The position numbers were made by a program, and so were the translations under genes. This document shows, piece by piece, positions 1 through 7,582 of a stretch of 35,304 nucleotides of DNA. The notes beneath the pieces are model-generated. The model saw only the letters and a program-made list of their open reading frames with translations, did not search any database and had not been told where the DNA came from. Origin of the DNA: a virus (lineage: Duplodnaviria > Caudoviricetes); the IMG/VR virus record IMGVR_UViG_3300014656_000080, positions 1 through 35,304 of that record. The stretch is one strand, 5' to 3'. How positions within the stretch are numbered: the stretch's first letter is position 1; every line of letters begins with the position of its first letter.

Positions 1-203
1 CCAATTTACATGATATAGTCGTTATTAATTTACCGCCTATGGTGTTTCGATTGAAGCAAAAAAGATATCCGTCAGATCAACAGCTAAAAAAGTTTTAAAA
101 AAAGGAGGCGCGACCTCGGATGTCAAATATATTATTTTGGGAGAATGGGACAGGCAGATGTTGATTTTGAAAAATTTATAAAATAAACGATAATCCTATA
201 CCG

Positions 204-238
204 CCCCGGCCTTGTGCCGGGGTTCTTTTTTTTGTTTT
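204..238 (+). terminator. Rho-independent terminator upstream of the recombinase unit
   Basis: CCCCGGC-cttgt-GCCGGGG hairpin (204-222) followed by TTCTTTTTTTTGTTTT. Confidence 0.8.
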
Positions 239-282
239 AAGCCTTCCTTGACTTTCTCCCCTGCCTATGAAATAAATCCAGT

Positions 283-348
283 CATATCATATCATATGAG
301 ATCGAACCATATCATATCATATGATATAAAATCAAATCATATGATATC
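283..348. repeat. ATCAT-periodic repeat array with three TCATATGA palindromes; probable protein-binding or recombination site
   Basis: CATATCATATCATATGA is exact at 283-299 and 308-324 and degenerate at 328-344. ATATCATATGATAT at 314-327 is a perfect palindrome. The array ends right before the AAGGAGG RBS of the recombinase. Confidence 0.8.
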
Positions 349-356
349 AAGGAGGA

Positions 357-938
357 ATGATGGCTTCCAATGGAAAATACACTCTGAAACTGTCTGAAAT
401 CAAGCGTCTTCTTTATAACTGCCAAAGCCTTCGGGAAAGGATAATGATCCGATTAATGGTTCATTGTGGGCTCCGAAGGGAAGAAGTGGCATCCATCCTG
501 ATCGAGAAAATTGATTGGGGTCGAGAACGGATCTCTTTTATCGGAAAAGGTCGATTAGCCGGAATCACTCCGGTGCCGGCCAGCCTCCTTCAGGACATCA
601 AATTTTTCCTGGTAGGCAAAAAAGGAGGTTATCTTTTTCCGGCAGCCAAAGTGAAAAATGCCCATTTGACGGTGACCCAGATTAACCGCATTGTCACCAA
701 TATCGGAAAGCGGGCCCAGATCACCTCACCCAACCCGAACAGCAAAACAGGGAACCTAAACCCCCACCTTTTACGCCACACCTTTGCCCGACTTTGTAAG
801 GATTCTGGGATGTCAATCGAGGTAGTTCAGGGGTTACTCAGGCACCGCAGTTTTAAAACAACCTATGACACATATGGAACCTTGAATTATGACGACATCC
901 AGCAAAAATACCAAGAAAAATTTCTCTCCTACGAATAA
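357..938 (+). CDS. Tyrosine recombinase/integrase family protein, catalytic domain only (193 aa)
   Basis: Catalytic motifs GLRREE (R), GKG (K), HLLRH (HxxR), LLRH and TTYDTY (Y nucleophile); RBS AAGGAGG at 349-355. Confidence 0.92.
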   Translation: MMASNGKYTLKLSEIKRLLYNCQSLRERIMIRLMVHCGLRREEVASILIEKIDWGRERISFIGKGRLAGITPVPASLLQDIKFFLVGKKGGYLFPAAKVKNAHLTVTQINRIVTNIGKRAQITSPNPNSKTGNLNPHLLRHTFARLCKDSGMSIEVVQGLLRHRSFKTTYDTYGTLNYDDIQQKYQEKFLSYE

Positions 939-1248
939 CAAGTTTCTGGTTTCCTTGGACGGAGTGCTCAGGGTTCAGTGTATAGATTGTAAGGGGAAGT
1001 GTGCCTGTATCGCCCTGCCCTCTTTCAGCATGTACTTTTGCGAAAATCCTACTTGTCGGAACAATCTGGAACTCAGATACACCGATAAGGGTGAGTTTGA
1101 ACTGCATGATTATGGTGCCTGTTTTAAAGATGAAGAAGTTCAGGCTTCAATTGAAAAATTAATTAAGGAACAACAGGTTTTGATTGGGCCTCAACCAGCA
1201 AAGATCTATCAATTTCCTAACCCCATTAAAACGCAAAAAGACCGGTAA
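889..1248 (+). CDS. Hypothetical Zn-finger protein (true start probably downstream of 889)
   Basis: CIDCKGKC...CENPTC Cys pairs; follows the recombinase and ends in the bidirectional terminator. Confidence 0.5.
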   Translation: MTTSSKNTKKNFSPTNNKFLVSLDGVLRVQCIDCKGKCACIALPSFSMYFCENPTCRNNLELRYTDKGEFELHDYGACFKDEEVQASIEKLIKEQQVLIGPQPAKIYQFPNPIKTQKDR

Positions 1249-1272
1249 TTTTCGCTTTTACCGGCCTTTTTT
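1235..1272. terminator. Bidirectional terminator between the convergent recombinase and tail/rSAM units
   Basis: AAAAAG-ACCGGTAA-loop-TTACCGGC-CTTTTTT: hairpin with an A-run on the left and a T-run on the right. Confidence 0.75.
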
Positions 1273-1294
1273 GTACGATTTAACTCTTGGAATT

Positions 1295-1540
1295 TTAAAC
1301 AGCCTTTTCGAGGGTGCCAGCGTCCCAGGCTTCGATTGCTGCAAGGGTAAGAGCAGCGATTTTTATCATTCGTTCCCGGAACCCCTTCTCTTTTGCCCGG
1401 GAACTCAAACCACAAGTGTATTCCACAATAGAACGGCCCATTCCCACTTCAGTGATTTCAACACCACTATTTTTTTTCTCTTCGAAATCACATTCTTCCA
1501 GAATTTCGCCAAGTATCATTTCTTGTTTTTGAAGATCCAT
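1295..1540 (-). CDS. Hypothetical protein, possibly MazG/NTP-pyrophosphatase-like helical protein
   Basis: C-terminal FRERMIKIAALTLAAIEAWD resembles the R-x-E-L-I-x-V-A-A-x-A-x-A-x-I-E helix of small phage MazG-like proteins. Confidence 0.45.
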   Translation of the reverse strand: MDLQKQEMILGEILEECDFEEKKNSGVEITEVGMGRSIVEYTCGLSSRAKEKGFRERMIKIAALTLAAIEAWDAGTLEKAV

Positions 1541-1595
1541 AATTTTTCCATTAAAAAGGTGTTTTGAATGAGGGATAATTTACCGGTCGTCGGAA

Positions 1596-1895
1596 TTAAT
1601 AACAACTCCCGATCCGGACAGAAGCCGTCTCGCCCGTGGCACAGATAACTGCCACTTTTTCACATTGGACTGGGAGTTCTACCAAACCGTCTCCGTTGGT
1701 GATTTTGAAGTCGGTGGTTTCAGCCGTATCTTCATCAAATGCCAGGAATACATCATTCGGTCCGTCGTTGCGTACAAGTAATTTCTTGCTCGCACGTTTG
1801 AGTTCCACTAAACCAGAGGCCCCGGTGGATGCAATTATATTGCTTTCAATACTTTCGGCATAGAGCATATCGCTCCAAGTGTAATGTCTTGCCAT
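1596..1895 (-). CDS. Hypothetical small beta-rich protein (99 aa), coupled to the second radical SAM gene
   Basis: Starts 1 nt after the stop of 1897..3114; alternating beta-strand pattern (LLVRNDGPNDVFLAFD). Confidence 0.65.
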   Translation of the reverse strand: MARHYTWSDMLYAESIESNIIASTGASGLVELKRASKKLLVRNDGPNDVFLAFDEDTAETTDFKITNGDGLVELPVQCEKVAVICATGETASVRIGSCY

Positions 1896-1896
1896 A

Positions 1897-3114
1897 TTAC
1901 TTTTCCTCCTCCTGAAATTTGGAAATCAAGTCCAAAAAATTACCCGTAACAAGGTAAAAAGCGGCTGCAAAGATCCCCAAGTAATAAAAATAACTGTTCC
2001 GACAAGATGCTTCCCAGGCTTCCCCTGGTTTAGTCATCATACAACCGCCTTTGCATAGTTGTTGTACCAAACACCCCCGGCAGCCTGGTTTTTGTGACCA
2101 GATAGTCATTTGTGAAGTGTCGATGGATTCCAAATCATTCAAATGGCCAATTTTTTCGGTTGTATTGTGGCAATAAAGTATATTGCCTTCCAAATCACAG
2201 GCAATATTTCCGGCCTTGTTCATACCGCATTTCCCGTAAAGAGAACTCGCAGGCCGATGGTTTTCGAGTGATTCAATAAAGTGTTTAACATGGGACATGA
2301 ACGAGGTTTTTTTAAGCTTTCCGGAAAGTATCCCACTCGTGATCATATCTGACATCAAACTGCCTGTAACGTCATCAAATTGGAGTGCCTTATTATCCTT
2401 GGTACGTTCTCCGATTGAAGCGGCGCCTTCAAAGCTGACAATGACATCGTTGCCGACCCTTCTTTGCAAATGTTGGACAATTACATAGGGGTCCAGATTC
2501 CCAGGTGTGAGGACGGCATTAAAAACAGAACGATCTTTATACCCCGGGCTCTCGGCCAACTCTTTTACAATACCAAGGATTTCAGGATCATGAAGAGGGT
2601 CATCAGAGCGAAGAAATTGCCCGGGACCGTCATGACTAATAACCAAGTGGATATTATATTTTTTCAGGAAATCAATTTTTTCCCGGGTGAGTAAGGAACC
2701 ATTGGAAATTATGCTCATTTTTGCTTCCGGGAAAATTTTCCACAACTCGGGAGCCAAGACAACAATTTTATCCCAATACAAAAGCGGTTCCCCACCCCAG
2801 AACTCGATTTTATTCAGGTTCCAGTTCTTTTCTGCCACCATCTTCAGGAAGGCTTTTATATCAGGTTTTTTTATGGGGTTAATCGGGATATTTTCTGTTT
2901 GACTGCAATACTCACAGTGGTAATTGCACTGAAGTCCCAAAAGGATTTTCAGTATTTTTACCTTCTTTTTATCTTTGTCCGGACAACCCTCTGGTGATAG
3001 CCATTCCCTTTGTGGATCTGGATACAATGGTTTGCCATCAGTATCCGTTAATAAATTCATGGCTGGATCATATACAAAGGCTTCCTTTTTTTCATTAACG
3101 AGCAAATAATTCAT
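1897..3114 (-). CDS. Radical SAM protein with SPASM domain (405 aa)
   Basis: CNYHCEYC (CxxxCxxC), FWGGEPLL, SNGSLL, ISHDG; SPASM-type KCG...GNILYCH...CRGC-x5-C-x3-C...C. Confidence 0.95.
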   Translation of the reverse strand: MNYLLVNEKKEAFVYDPAMNLLTDTDGKPLYPDPQREWLSPEGCPDKDKKKVKILKILLGLQCNYHCEYCSQTENIPINPIKKPDIKAFLKMVAEKNWNLNKIEFWGGEPLLYWDKIVVLAPELWKIFPEAKMSIISNGSLLTREKIDFLKKYNIHLVISHDGPGQFLRSDDPLHDPEILGIVKELAESPGYKDRSVFNAVLTPGNLDPYVIVQHLQRRVGNDVIVSFEGAASIGERTKDNKALQFDDVTGSLMSDMITSGILSGKLKKTSFMSHVKHFIESLENHRPASSLYGKCGMNKAGNIACDLEGNILYCHNTTEKIGHLNDLESIDTSQMTIWSQKPGCRGCLVQQLCKGGCMMTKPGEAWEASCRNSYFYYLGIFAAAFYLVTGNFLDLISKFQEEEK

Positions 3115-4046
3115 ACAGAGAGTTCCTTAAAAAGTTTATGTTGTTCCAAGGCCAAAAAGCAGTCCACTTCATGGGTGGTGGAAAGATAACAATTTCCCTG
3201 GCACCAAGGAGCTGCCTCACACTCTTGGCATTTTTCACTTTCAATGTATTGTCGTGTCATGGGTGGTGGGACATAGCCGTCCAAAGTCCCGATTCTATTT
3301 TCTATATTGGCGCAGTAATGACAGGGGTAAACATTGCCGGCCAGGTCGGTGGTGAGTTTTCCTTCGTGACAACAAAAAGAATTCTGGGTTGCAGGCTTTG
3401 AGAAAGCGTCTTTCCAGCGTTTTAATTGTTGAGAAAAAAATTGTTCGGCAAAGAAATCACCCCTTTCCCGTAATTTTTCTAAGTCCCTCAAATGGGCCAT
3501 ATGGATTTTCACATCTTCGTGGGTCAGGTAATATTCTCCAGGACAATCCGGAGTGGCCCGGACATAGCCGACAGCCGTATAAAATTGGCGGTTGAAAGTC
3601 CTGCCTAAAGCGGCCACGAATTCTCTGAATTGCCAAAGGTTGACGTTGCCCCGGCGGATCAAAAAACTGATGCTGCTCTTTTTTATGTTGGAAAAGGCTT
3701 CCCACCTGGCGGCGCCATACTCAGAATGTTCACTGAGACAGACATAAAAATTGTTTTCATTAAGATACTGAACTTTTTCTTGATCCAAAAGGCTGCCGTT
3801 AGTGATCATTATAACTTTGTCGAACTGTAAACCAGCAGCCAGGAAAAAATTGTGGACGGTTTTGATCGTGTCCCAGTACAATAGGGGCTCGCCACCCCAG
3901 TACCCTATTTCACGGATGTTATTGGCCCGGATATAATCAAGAATTTTGTCCATGTCGGGAACAACCGGTGCAATAGGATTTTTCGGCTGCAAACAATAAT
4001 CACAATCAAAATTGCACCGGTTCCCTAAGAAAACATTTAACATCAA
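3111..4046 (-). CDS. Radical SAM protein with SPASM domain (311 aa; likely ATG at 4043)
   Basis: CNFDCDYC, YWGGEPLL, TNGSLL; SPASM-type CC...GNVYPCHYC...CQEC-x5-C-x3-C...C; start and stop overlap both neighbours. Confidence 0.95.
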   Translation of the reverse strand: MMLNVFLGNRCNFDCDYCLQPKNPIAPVVPDMDKILDYIRANNIREIGYWGGEPLLYWDTIKTVHNFFLAAGLQFDKVIMITNGSLLDQEKVQYLNENNFYVCLSEHSEYGAARWEAFSNIKKSSISFLIRRGNVNLWQFREFVAALGRTFNRQFYTAVGYVRATPDCPGEYYLTHEDVKIHMAHLRDLEKLRERGDFFAEQFFSQQLKRWKDAFSKPATQNSFCCHEGKLTTDLAGNVYPCHYCANIENRIGTLDGYVPPPMTRQYIESEKCQECEAAPWCQGNCYLSTTHEVDCFLALEQHKLFKELSV

Positions 4047-4990
4047 GCAACTACCGTGATGTCAATTGAGGAAGAGTTTTCATACCATTTATAGCCGAAT
4101 TTAACAGTGGCCAGTTCACCTACTGAAAGACCAAGGGCCATGAAGGTGAATTCTCCCAATCCATCGACCAGCTCAAGGTTAGTCCTGGGCAAATAACCGG
4201 CATCAGTTTTGATGTAAACCTTGATATCACCATTGTAAGCACCCCCATCTGCATTGGTCACTTCGACGGGCATTTGTACCGTCCCTCCAGCAGAACATTC
4301 GAGGGTTTCATCGGTTGTCATTATTTCATAAAAATTTGCTCCGAAATCATGAAACCCGGCCTTTGTGATCGGAACTTCAACATCAAAAGTAAGATTGCTA
4401 TAATAACCGATGTCCTCACTCACGGTGAGCCGGATACCGTCACCACTGAAACCGCCAAGCGATGAGCCAAGGTAAATTTGGGCAATGGCGCTGACCCCTT
4501 GCCTCAAGATATAATTACGACCGTCTTGTTTACTGGTTTTAGTGGCTGCAAATTTGTTATGGGGCAATATTAAAGAGCCGTCAGCCTTCATCAAAATTGT
4601 TATGTCCGAATGAATCGCCCAAAGTGTTTCTGGATTCAAACCATGGACATCAAAAGATTTGTCCAGGGTGAGAACACTCCGCAACCGAAAGGCATATTCT
4701 TCTGATTTACCAAACAATTCACCAGGGATCAGGTTCCCAAGAGTGTAATGTACTGGCAAGGGGGCATCATTATGTACCAGTTCCGGCAATTCGGTTTCAA
4801 AAGTGCAATTGGCTGGATACACTTCACTTCCGTCGCAAAGGCTTATCCAAACATCTGTTCCGTTTTCATCGGTGAGTTGTAGGGTGTCATATGTGGCAAA
4901 ACTAACTTGGTCCTCTTCGACCAAAGTGCGGATTAAATATTTTCTGCCAAGGCCAGTTGTAATTCCACATCCAAAATCTTTTTTTTCCAT
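4043..4990 (-). CDS. Hypothetical protein (315 aa) with C-terminal Ig/invasin-like beta-sandwich; accessory gene of the rSAM cassette
   Basis: RBS AAGGAG; stop overlaps the rSAM start (TGATG); beta-rich C-terminus GYLPRTNLELVDGLGEFTFMALGLSVGELATVKFGY. Confidence 0.75.
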   Translation of the reverse strand: MEKKDFGCGITTGLGRKYLIRTLVEEDQVSFATYDTLQLTDENGTDVWISLCDGSEVYPANCTFETELPELVHNDAPLPVHYTLGNLIPGELFGKSEEYAFRLRSVLTLDKSFDVHGLNPETLWAIHSDITILMKADGSLILPHNKFAATKTSKQDGRNYILRQGVSAIAQIYLGSSLGGFSGDGIRLTVSEDIGYYSNLTFDVEVPITKAGFHDFGANFYEIMTTDETLECSAGGTVQMPVEVTNADGGAYNGDIKVYIKTDAGYLPRTNLELVDGLGEFTFMALGLSVGELATVKFGYKWYENSSSIDITVVA

Positions 4991-4999
4991 AGTTGCTCC

Positions 5000-5632
5000 T
5001 TATGCGTTATCACTGCAATCACAATCACAGTCGGTGCTACAATAAGTTGGATGATTTTCTATCCATGAATAATCAATCATCCCGGTGGCGCCGATAACCT
5101 GAAGACCATCCACGTAAAGTCCATCCGTACACGAAATTGCACCAGCCACGGTAATAGAAGCCGTAAAAGTGGTATGAGTGTGGTTGGTGGACGCATAGGT
5201 GGTATGAGTATGGCTAAGGGCTGCATATGTGGCCGAATAATCATGGGTGTGACTAAGGGTCGCATAAACACCACTATGGACATGACTGAGGGCTGCATAA
5301 GCGGTTGAATAGTCATGGGCATGAGTAAGAGCCGCATAAGCGGAAGCATGGTTATGATCAACAGTCGAATAAACACCAGCATGAGCATGACTGAGGGTGG
5401 CATAAACGGTGGCATGATTGTGATCAATGGCAGCATAATCAGTATCATGGTTATGATCGCCCATGCTGATTGGAACCCATCCGGCAGATCCACCAAAATA
5501 AAACTCCCCATCACCAGAGTATCGAACGATTCTTCGGCGATCTTCAGTAGTCCAAGTTGGCAAAGTGGCCAATTCTTGTACTTTTATGGAAGCTTGAAAA
5601 TCATATGGTACATATATTTTTTTGTCTGACAT
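5000..5632 (-). CDS. HxH-repeat tail fibre/tip-like protein with Cys-rich C-terminus (candidate rSAM substrate)
   Basis: Nine HxH doublets in 10-13 aa repeats; C-terminus YCSTDCDCDCSDNA; lies directly downstream of the tail fibre gene. Confidence 0.75.
   Translation of the reverse strand: MSDKKIYVPYDFQASIKVQELATLPTWTTEDRRRIVRYSGDGEFYFGGSAGWVPISMGDHNHDTDYAAIDHNHATVYATLSHAHAGVYSTVDHNHASAYAALTHAHDYSTAYAALSHVHSGVYATLSHTHDYSATYAALSHTHTTYASTNHTHTTFTASITVAGAISCTDGLYVDGLQVIGATGMIDYSWIENHPTYCSTDCDCDCSDNA
5174..5455 (-). repeat. Intragenic tandem repeat encoding nine HxH-(x2-5)-Y[AS]xxx units
   Basis: DHNHDTDYAAI DHNHATVYATL SHAHAGVYSTV DHNHASAYAAL THAHDYSTAYAAL SHVHSGVYATL SHTHDYSATYAAL SHTHTTYAST NHTH. 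Confidence 0.9.
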
Positions 5633-5650
5633 ATCTTGCCTCGCAATTTA

Positions 5651-5700
5651 ACAGTAATCATTTACTGTCATAGTTTAGGATAGAAAAAGTTCTGAGTCAA
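5651..5700 (-). promoter_or_regulatory. Sigma70-type promoter plus palindromic operator for the HxH/rSAM cassette
   Basis: Minus strand TTGACT (5700-5695), 17 bp spacer, TAAACT (5677-5672); operator ACAGTAA-TCAT-TTACTGT at 5651-5668. Confidence 0.7.
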
Positions 5701-5704
5701 CGTG

Positions 5705-6604
5705 TTAAGCAGAAATACCATAAATCAAAGCTTTACCCGCGATACTGGCCCCGCCAAATGTAATCACGAGTTCATTGCTGTCCGTGTAATCAATTTCACC
5801 TTCGATACCTGCACCGTCATCATCAAAAACCTGAACGATTAAATTTGCAGTATCGAGGAAATGTTCCACTGTCCATGTGTCGCTGGCTGAACTCTGGACG
5901 TGAACATAATCTTTTTTCAGTTTGTTTTCTATATTCCGAATATCAACAAGCATTTCAGTTGTGATCTGGGCATTGCCTTCAAGCCTGTAAATAACTGCCA
6001 AACCGTGGCAAAAATGCTGAATATTGTTACCATCAACATAATTGGCGGGTGTTACCCCTCCTTCACTAACCCTCACTTCCCAAACCAAACCGATACGCCG
6101 GGATGTTTCAAGATTTATACTGGTATCTTTCATGTCTGGGTCATCGGTGGGTGAATACTCTTTGTAATAAACATCGATATAAATTTCATCGACCCGATCA
6201 CCATCCGTTGGTGTTGTCAATGTGGTGGGGCCAAAAGTTTGGTTGGTGTATTCCTTGTTGCTAAGGCAAATAGGCATCCAGCCATCCACAAAAATATACC
6301 CGGCCCCGGCGGCGGTACTGTCACCTCCGGTGATTGTGAAGTTGTTGTTGGGAGTGTTACCAGACTCGGTAATTTTAAAACCAGAATCATAAGCCCCGTT
6401 CCCCTGGATATGTTGGACCGCCCGTCGAAGGAGGTTGATGATAATCTCGGTGTTCTCGTTAAGCTCACGATCAAGCAAGGGAATACCATTCGATGTGCCG
6501 GGTTCCCGATACTCTTTGGCCACCATGTAATAGCCTTTTGATTCATCATAAGCCCAACCGCTATATTCACCCTCCCAATCCGTTCCTGTGTTTCCAGTAA
6601 TCAT
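5705..6604 (-). CDS. Baseplate-proximal tail fibre protein (299 aa)
   Basis: Position after the wedge gene; N-terminal KGYYMV...PLLDRELNE and RVDEIYIDVY motifs typical of fibre-attachment domains; C-terminal YVHVQSSASDTWTVEH module common in tail proteins. Confidence 0.7.
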   Translation of the reverse strand: MITGNTGTDWEGEYSGWAYDESKGYYMVAKEYREPGTSNGIPLLDRELNENTEIIINLLRRAVQHIQGNGAYDSGFKITESGNTPNNNFTITGGDSTAAGAGYIFVDGWMPICLSNKEYTNQTFGPTTLTTPTDGDRVDEIYIDVYYKEYSPTDDPDMKDTSINLETSRRIGLVWEVRVSEGGVTPANYVDGNNIQHFCHGLAVIYRLEGNAQITTEMLVDIRNIENKLKKDYVHVQSSASDTWTVEHFLDTANLIVQVFDDDGAGIEGEIDYTDSNELVITFGGASIAGKALIYGISA

Positions 6605-6616
6605 ATGTTTAATCTC

Positions 6617-7567
6617 CTATAAATAAATTGTAAAAAAATCGGTCGTTTTCGTAAAAGGCAAAATGTAATCAGTGTCATGTACCGGAGTCGTGGTATTATT
6701 CATATACATCCAAGATTCTGCTGGTAAATCTTTCCAAAACACTTTACATCTGGTGCCGGCTTCCTTAACCGCATGGACAAGAACTCTCAATTCCGCAACC
6801 TCTTCAGTTCCCCAGGTTGAGATTGTGTTATCAGGCATAATTATACCAAAGACCCCAGGTTCAATACTGATCGATGTTGAATCGGCAATGGGATATTGTG
6901 TATTATGTAATGGTGTGCTCGCTGAATTCATATCCATTCTGGCAGTCTGAGTGAAGATTAAATCAATTACCTCAATGTCATATCCATAATATTTAAAAAG
7001 AATTTTTGACATTGCCACATTGTTAGATTTTGGCAGTTTCACTTCATTGATCGCCCGTTGCCCGAAAGCGGCATCCCCTTCACCTGTATTTCTGGTGCTG
7101 TTAAGGAACCCACACCAGTAATCCGTAATGATACCTTCAGAACCTTGAACGTTCATCATACGCAATGCTTCTTCCTTCATTGTATGGGCTTCTTTAAGTT
7201 CGATGGCCAAGGCTTTTATAAGCGCCCAGGTGGGTGAAGTGAAAGAATAAACCATACTATCCCGGGAGTTGTCGGCCTCCATAAGCCTCATAGCGCTCAT
7301 GGTTCCATCACCAAAGACGACGGTGGTATAATTATAAATGTCGTTTATTTCATCTGCAACTTCCTGAATGGTTTTTCCTTCCAAATCGATTTCAAAATCA
7401 TTTGAAAAACTGGAAAACCTTTTTCCGCTGATTACATTATCCTGAACCGTATATTTTAATCTTGCGTCGGCATCATCATAATTTATTGTGAATGCAGAAA
7501 TTGCCTGTGGGCTGATATTAAAACAAGTCGGAAGGAACTCAAGCATTTTTGTAAGTGTGCTGCTCAT
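6617..7567 (-). CDS. Baseplate wedge subunit (gpI/gp7-like)
   Basis: Follows baseplate J; DYWCGFLNSTRNTGEGDAAFGQR and VKEAGT motifs typical of wedge proteins. Confidence 0.7.
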   Translation of the reverse strand: MSSTLTKMLEFLPTCFNISPQAISAFTINYDDADARLKYTVQDNVISGKRFSSFSNDFEIDLEGKTIQEVADEINDIYNYTTVVFGDGTMSAMRLMEADNSRDSMVYSFTSPTWALIKALAIELKEAHTMKEEALRMMNVQGSEGIITDYWCGFLNSTRNTGEGDAAFGQRAINEVKLPKSNNVAMSKILFKYYGYDIEVIDLIFTQTARMDMNSASTPLHNTQYPIADSTSISIEPGVFGIIMPDNTISTWGTEEVAELRVLVHAVKEAGTRCKVFWKDLPAESWMYMNNTTTPVHDTDYILPFTKTTDFFTIYL

Positions 7568-7582
7568 ATCAGGATACCCCTT

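Noticed and set aside
1-190. Possible 3' end of an upstream plus-strand gene or a short ORF after AAGGAGG near 102-108
   Set aside because: Frame 3 is open only to ~98 and the ATG at 120 gives 14 codons. There is not enough sequence to call a gene.
283-348. CRISPR-like array
   Set aside because: The repeats are 17 bp with 3-8 bp gaps, there are no spacer-length unique sequences, and no cas genes are present.
212-397. 61-aa ORF over the terminator and ATCAT repeats
   Set aside because: It starts inside a terminator hairpin, has no RBS, and its sequence just reflects the DNA repeat.
1897-4046. rSAM genes as QueE, NrdG or MoaA-type metabolic or DNA-modification enzymes
   Set aside because: Both have C-terminal SPASM-type Cys arrays, and none of the partner genes (queC/queD/folE, nrdD, moaC) is in the window.
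5077-5629. Met-rich alternative-frame ORFs (5077..5514 minus, 5315..5629 plus)
   Set aside because: They are shadows of the CAT/ATG-rich His repeat in the 210-aa gene.
5000-5632. His-Xaa-Ser (HxsB/HxsC) system precursor
   Set aside because: The repeats are spaced HxH units, not tandem His-Xaa-Ser triplets, and the protein is fibre-like in size and position.
357-6604. Recombinase-driven tail-fibre inversion (shufflon/Gin-like) system
   Set aside because: I saw no inverted alternative fibre cassettes or paired crossover sites around the fibre genes.
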